Positions 59,568-64,000 of a stretch of DNA of 64,000 nt are shown piece after piece. The position numbers and the translations under genes were made by a program. Origin of the DNA: Alphaproteobacteria bacterium (lineage in GTDB: Bacteria > Pseudomonadota > Alphaproteobacteria > SP197); NCBI GenBank assembly GCA_964291265.2, contig OZ219746.1, positions 288,001-352,000 of the forward strand, in the 5' to 3' direction. The notes beneath the pieces were generated by a model. That model did not search any database. It saw only the letters and a program-made list of their open reading frames with translations, and was not told the origin of the DNA. Position 1 is the stretch's first letter; each line of letters starts with the position of its first letter.

Positions 59568-60109
59568 CAGTCTCGCGCTGGCGCGAGGACATCGCCGCCC
59601 AGGACGAGGCCTTCGTGGGCCTTCAGGACCTGTTCAGTCCACACTCCTTCGCCGTGACTGCCGTCAAGGCCCTCCGGGATTGGGGCCAGGGGATGTTGCG
59701 CCTGAGTGAGGCGCTGGTCGGGGAGATCGAGGCGCTGGAGCGGGAGAACACCGGCTTGCGCGAACGGATTGATGCACTCGAGCGCAGCGCCGCGCTCGAC
59801 AGCTCCACCAGCTCCAAGCCACCGGCCAGCGACGGTCTGAAGAAGAACGGAACCCGACAGAAGCGCGCCCGGAGCCAGCGCGGCAAGTCCGACAGGCCCA
59901 GTGGCGGTCAGCGCGGCCACGAGGGAGTCACCCTGAAGCAGGCCGAGAACCCGGACCACGTCGTCGATCATGCTCCGTCTGCCTGTAAGGGCTGCGGCGC
60001 GCCGCTGTCGGATGATGACCGTCACGCAGAACCCGTCTGTCGGCAGGTCTTCGACATGCCCGAGCCGCAGCCCCTCGAGGTCACCGAACATCTGTCGGCG
60101 GCGATTTAG
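59564..60109 (+). pseudogene. Truncated IS66-family (ISBst12-type) transposase
   Basis: Coiled coil, DSSTSSKPPASDG, GGQRGHEG, CKGCG, RQVFDMP..VTEH, then an abrupt stop before the DDE core. Confidence 0.85.
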
Positions 60110-60224
60110 AACGGCGGAATATTGGCGGAGAAGCGCTCTTTTGATCGCTGATCGTGTGAGTGGGTGACCACGGTAGGAGAACGTGCGGCATTGGATGAAG
60201 GTCCGCCCGGTCTTTGTTTTCTGC

Positions 60225-60500
60225 CTATTGTTGGATTCCATTGGTCTTGCGTTGACGTTGTGACGATGTTGTTCCGGTCGGCGTTTTGAGACATTGAAGT
60301 TGATTTTTGTTCTTGATTTCCAGATTGGCTTCAAGCCGATCGCAAAGTGCTATAATTTGGTTAATCTTGGCGACGATGCGGTGTTGTTCTTCGAGGGGTG
60401 GGAGGGGAAATGGCGAGTTTGCGAAATACTCCATCGGCACATGTTTGTGGCCAGCCGTTCCCGTCATTCTGGGGATAACACCTTCAATAAAGAATGAAGG
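60225..60500 (-). pseudogene. hsdS: Type I R-M HsdS C-terminal fragment (out of frame)
   Basis: MTGTAGHKHVP..PFPLPPLEEQHRIVAKINQIIALCDRLE. Confidence 0.8.
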
Positions 60501-61303
60501 CTGGTTTTGACCAGACGGTCCCGGATTTTTTCGCGCTTTTCCCGCGACGCTTGGAGCTGGTCGCAGAGCGCCAACATTTCGTGGGCCTTGGCGACGATAC
60601 GATGCTGCTCAGCAAGGGGCGGGAGAGGAAATGGTGCGACGATGGCGTCTTTGGTGCGTAGCCTCGGCATTTTTGTACCCTGTCCAAGCGTCGTGACATA
60701 TTCCACGAAGTCGGGGCGGCGTAAAGCGAGAGCGCAGTAATCGGAGCAGAAAGGCACATATGGACGGATCGCAACGATTTCGGTTGTGGAGTAACCCAAC
60801 TCATCAGCAAAGAGTGCCTTGTTTAGGTAGGGGCGTAGTTTTCCATACAGGATGTCATCGGGTTGAAATTCGGACTTTGTGCTTTTCGAATCACGCGCTG
60901 GGCTTCTCACCCTCGATGCGAATCGCCCTGTATCTTTTTCGATGTCTTCGAGTTCGAGGAGCCAGAGGGATGGATTGAGATCCTTGGGTTCTCGCTTGAT
61001 GCCTGCGTCATAAAGAAACGCTGTGCCGATGGAGACCCACACCCAGCTTTTCGGAAGAACGAACGGGATTCCTACAATCACGGGATCATTGGCAGTCTTT
61101 TTTCTCGCCCCCGCCTCGACCAGCCGCGCCTTCTCCGCTGCGATATTCTTCAGCAGTTTCGATGCCGGCTCGTCCGTCGGATCCTGCTCCACCAGCTTTC
61201 CCCGAACGGCCAGATCGAGCACGAAACGACGCAGGCGGGGAACGGCTTCGGGTGTGTCGGCCACGCGGTCGAGGAGAGCAAGCAAACGTTCGGCGTGTTT
61301 CAT
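60464..61303 (-). pseudogene. hsdS: Type I R-M specificity subunit, N-terminal half
   Basis: LDLAVRGKLVEQDP, LPKSWVW, ILYGKLRPYLNK, PFPLPPLAEQHRIV; terminates after the first TRD and conserved region. Confidence 0.85.
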
Positions 61304-61656
61304 GTCTTCGACGGTTCCAGCGCGTTCAGCATGGCCTGCACCACGGAACGCAGGGCTGGCAGATCGTTGCGGGCATAGTCCCAGACATCTTCGGGCACGA
61401 TGCTGTCGTAGCCGTGGGCAAGAACGTTCCGGAAACCGATAATCCTGGGCAGGTCCGGGATTTGATCCGCATGTTCGGGGTGGCTCCTGTACAAGCGGTT
61501 CAATGCCTCGCCGCTGATCTCGAACTTGCGCTCGACCGCGGCCCGGGTCCGCCGATCCCGAAGCCAGGCGTCGCGATCCATGTCCTCGATGAAGCGCTCG
61601 ATGTCGGCACCCGTTTGCTCGACATCCCACAACGGGACGCGAGGGTCACTGCGCAT
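61300..61656 (-). CDS. HepT-like HEPN ribonuclease (DUF86)
   Basis: AVERKFEISGEA, RNVLAHGY (Rx4H), VW....LP.L. Confidence 0.9.
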   Translation of the reverse strand: MRSDPRVPLWDVEQTGADIERFIEDMDRDAWLRDRRTRAAVERKFEISGEALNRLYRSHPEHADQIPDLPRIIGFRNVLAHGYDSIVPEDVWDYARNDLPALRSVVQAMLNALEPSKT

Positions 61657-61957
61657 AGACGAGCTCGCGGGACTTGTCGATGGCCGCGCGCAGATAAGGG
61701 TTGCCGATCGCGCGGGTTTCGAGAAGATCGACTGGACAGCCAAGCGTCTCCCGTAACGCCTCGGCGAGATCGAAACGACGGTGGAACGGCCGCAGGTTGC
61801 TGGCGGGATCGAATTCGACCAGGAAGTCGGCGTCGCTGGTGGCGGGATCGAAATCAACGCCCCGCGCTGCCGAGCTGAACACTTCCAGACGTACGACATC
61901 GTAGCGGCGGCACAGTTCCGCCAACTCGTCTTTCTTGTCAGCAATGGCGACATGCAT
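61646..61957 (-). CDS. MntA-like minimal nucleotidyltransferase antitoxin
   Basis: LCRRYDV.RLEVFSSAARG..SDADFLVEF, VDL, NPY; canonical GS reads SS. Confidence 0.85.
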   Translation of the reverse strand: MHVAIADKKDELAELCRRYDVVRLEVFSSAARGVDFDPATSDADFLVEFDPASNLRPFHRRFDLAEALRETLGCPVDLLETRAIGNPYLRAAIDKSRELVYAQ

Positions 61958-62002
61958 GACCAGTTCTCCTGCGCAGGCGGCAAACAAGACCCTTGCCCGT
62001 CG

Positions 62003-62958
62003 TCATCTCAGCAACGCTTCCGACAGGGCGTCCTTCAGCCGGTCGCGCAACGATGCGACTTCCGCCTCGGCGGCGTTCAACTCTGCGAGCAGCGTCTCCG
62101 GGTCGCCGAGGTCGGCACTCTCGGTGTGCGGGTTTCTGAGGTCGAGACTGTAGCCGCGTGCCTTGATGTCCCCGGCGCTCACCTTCCAGGCGTGCCCGCC
62201 TTCGGTGCGGCCCTTGCGTTCCTGTCCGCCCCACCAGCCGGCGCAATCGTCGAGATGCTCCAGCCGGATGGGACGCGTCATCGAATAGGCTTTCTGCCCC
62301 TCGGGCACAAGATGTTCCCAGAACCAGACCTCCCGCGTCGCCTCGCCCTTCTCGAAGAACAGCAGGTTGATCCCGATCGAGGCGTAGGGGCGGAAGACCG
62401 AGTTCGGCAAACTGACGATGGTGTGCAGATTGCATTCCTTCATCAGGCTCTCCTTGAGCCGGGTCTTGACACCTTCGCCGAACAGCGAGCCGTCGGGCAG
62501 GACCACGGCCGCCCGACCGCCGGGTTTCAACAGCCGGATGATGAGGGCCAGAAACAGGTCGCGGTCTCGCGCGTCTGGAAGTGCTTCGGGAAGTTGGACT
62601 CGATGCCGTCCTCTTCCTTGCCGCCTAAGGGCGGATTGGTCAGAACGATGTCCACGCGGTTGTCCCGTCCCCACGAAATCCGGGGACGCGCCAGCGTGTT
62701 GTCGTGGCGCAGGAAGGACGGATCCTCGATGCCGTGCAGCAGCATGTTGGTGGTCGCCAGCATGTGGGGCAGCGGCTTCTTTTCCACGGCGCGCTTCGCC
62801 TGCCCCCGCGTGACCAGTTTGCCCCGAACGATGATCCGGCCTCTGGTAAAGCTAACCTCCTCCCGGATCTGCAACATCTCGTCCCACCCTGCTCGGCGCA
62901 GAGCAGGGGTAATGAATTTGGTGCAGATACCGCGTTCGGATAGGCCGCGCTTATCCAT
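62003..62958 (-). pseudogene. Deleted hsdR-hsdM fusion of a type I R-M system
   Basis: HsdR N-terminus (LSERGICTKFITPAL..GRIIVRGK..KRA) runs directly into mid-HsdM (VEKKPLPHML..NPPLGG), frameshift near 62560, then HsdM C-terminus (LKPGGRAAVVLPDG..LDLRNPH). Confidence 0.9.
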
Positions 62959-62989
62959 GGCGCTCACCCATCTATCAACCCGATGTCGC

Positions 62990-63178
62990 TCATCGGCGTT
63001 CCTCCGGTGAAGGTGGGGTCTCGGACGCATCCAGTGACTTCAGCTGCTGATACTCCTCAACGGAGAGCACGACAACGACAGACCGTCCGTGCTTGGCCAC
63101 GGCGACGGGTTTGGTGCGGGCCAGATCGATCAAACGGCCGAAGCCGTACTTCGCATCCTTGGCGCTCAGGGTCTGCAT
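62990..63178 (-). CDS. Orphan Phd/YefM-family protein upstream of hsdR
   Basis: SAKDAKYGFGRLIDLAR..PV.V.KHGR.VVVVLSVEEY; no cognate toxin downstream. Confidence 0.85.
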   Translation of the reverse strand: MQTLSAKDAKYGFGRLIDLARTKPVAVAKHGRSVVVVLSVEEYQQLKSLDASETPPSPEERR

Positions 63179-63195
63179 GGGTCTTCCTGTTGACA

Positions 63196-63234
63196 CCTTT
63201 GTCATTCTGGCCAATTCGGCCAGAATGACAAAGG
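63196..63234. promoter_or_regulatory. Perfect 17-bp inverted repeat (putative operator)
   Basis: CCTTTGTCATTCTGGCC-AATTC-GGCCAGAATGACAAAGG, 17 nt upstream of the phd start. Confidence 0.75.
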
Positions 63235-63330
63235 GCAGACGCTGTCTCGCGTTTGCTGTGAAACATCTCCGATCCCTGCGGCTCCTTGTTGTTGAATCAG
63301 AGCGCGAGCGCCCTGTCGGTCAGGCGCATC

Positions 63331-63776
63331 CTAGCCCGAAGTTCCAGGTGATTTCCTGCTGATCTTCACAACAACTCGCTGATTTTGCGCTATTCATCGG
63401 ATTCATCAGGCCTCACAGTGTACCCATGTACGAATGCACTTTGTGTTTGACATATGTCTGTGGTGCGCCTATGCACGGTAGCCATGTGCATCAAAGCCTT
63501 CCTCAACCGACCCCCTCCACCCGCCATCCTGCTCTGCGAGCCCCCGGCGCGAAGTCGGAAAGGTCAAGAAGCGCACCATCACCCGCAACACCGTGGTGCT
63601 CCACCTTGCGGGCGCCGGGCCCTTCAGGTCACCACGCGGCCCACGCCGCTCCAGAGAAGAGCACTCAAACTCCTCGGCGTAAAGCCGTAGTGTACCCAGT
63701 CAGACGCCTCTGGGATCCATCGAATGTCATTCATATCAGATACTTGCGCCTGATCAGCCCTGGAATTTCGGCCTAG
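63331..63776 (+). mobile_element. Internally deleted IS1634-like element (MITE-like, 446 bp)
   Basis: Terminal inverted repeats CTAGCCCGAAGTTCCAGG and CCTGGAATTTCGGCCTAG (16/18); interior encodes transposase N-terminus (MCI..NR.PPPAILL..GKVKKRTI) joined to C-terminus (TITRNTV..TRPTPLQRRALKLLGV). Confidence 0.78.
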
Positions 63777-63946
63777 CGCCGCCAATCGGCCGGCATGCAG
63801 AGGCGGTCGGTTTCTTACGAGGCATCGAATCGCAAGTATGGCAGGAGAATTCGCGAGGCCGCCGACAAGGCCCTCGCCCCGGATCTGTTAGCAGGGCCAC
63901 CTTGACAATGGGCTTCTGGCATGCGGGCGTGATCGATGCTCCGGGC

Positions 63947-64000
63947 TCACTTCTGGCTGGAATGCTCCACGATGCCGGCGAGGATGCAGTGCCGGAACAT
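63947..64000 (-). CDS. Possible 3' end of a gene extending beyond the window
   Basis: Minus frame reads ..MFRHCILAGIVEHSSQK-stop with GC-rich codons; too short to identify. Confidence 0.35.
   Translation of the reverse strand: MFRHCILAGIVEHSSQK

Noticed and set aside
1-64000. CRISPR array, rRNA or tRNA genes
   Set aside because: No regularly spaced repeats, cas genes, cloverleaf with T-loop and CCA, or rRNA signatures seen in the intergenic regions by eye; covariance-model searches were not run.

Overview
GC-rich alphaproteobacterial chromosome segment (Rhodospirillales-like gene content and synteny; the taxon is an inference). Core blocks: (i) fur-olsB-olsA-miaB-phoH-ybeY-corC-lnt on the minus strand; (ii) cysD-cysNC-phosphoesterase-gmhB-gmhA-hldD; (iii) HDAC-xseB-ispA-tlyA, with no dxs; (iv) rimP-nusA-ylxR-infB-rbfA-truB-rpsO-pnp; (v) irr-rubrerythrin-FeS oxidoreductase-DUF3501 with an ICE box. 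Catabolic clusters: a hydantoinase/oxoprolinase pair converging on an SDR-SBP-ABC ATPase-deacetylase-CxxC protein-CobW operon, and an XRE-cupin/PhyH/DoeA-like unit. Accessory DNA: a Phd-VapC module beside a transposase relic (8.9-10.2 kb); a ~7.8 kb lower-GC island (34.3-42.1 kb) with an antitoxin-PIN pair and a ~2080-aa helical-repeat protein carrying tandem PIN-like motifs, the best candidate for an uncharacterised defence system; and an eroded defence/mobile region (59-63.8 kb) with an IS66 relic, a deleted type I R-M operon containing MNT-HEPN and led by an orphan Phd gene with a perfect 17-bp inverted repeat, and a 446-bp internally deleted IS1634-like element. No rRNA, tRNA or CRISPR array was seen. 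All product calls come from motif recognition by eye, not database searches. Several starts were moved from the ORF track to overlapping or more plausible codons.
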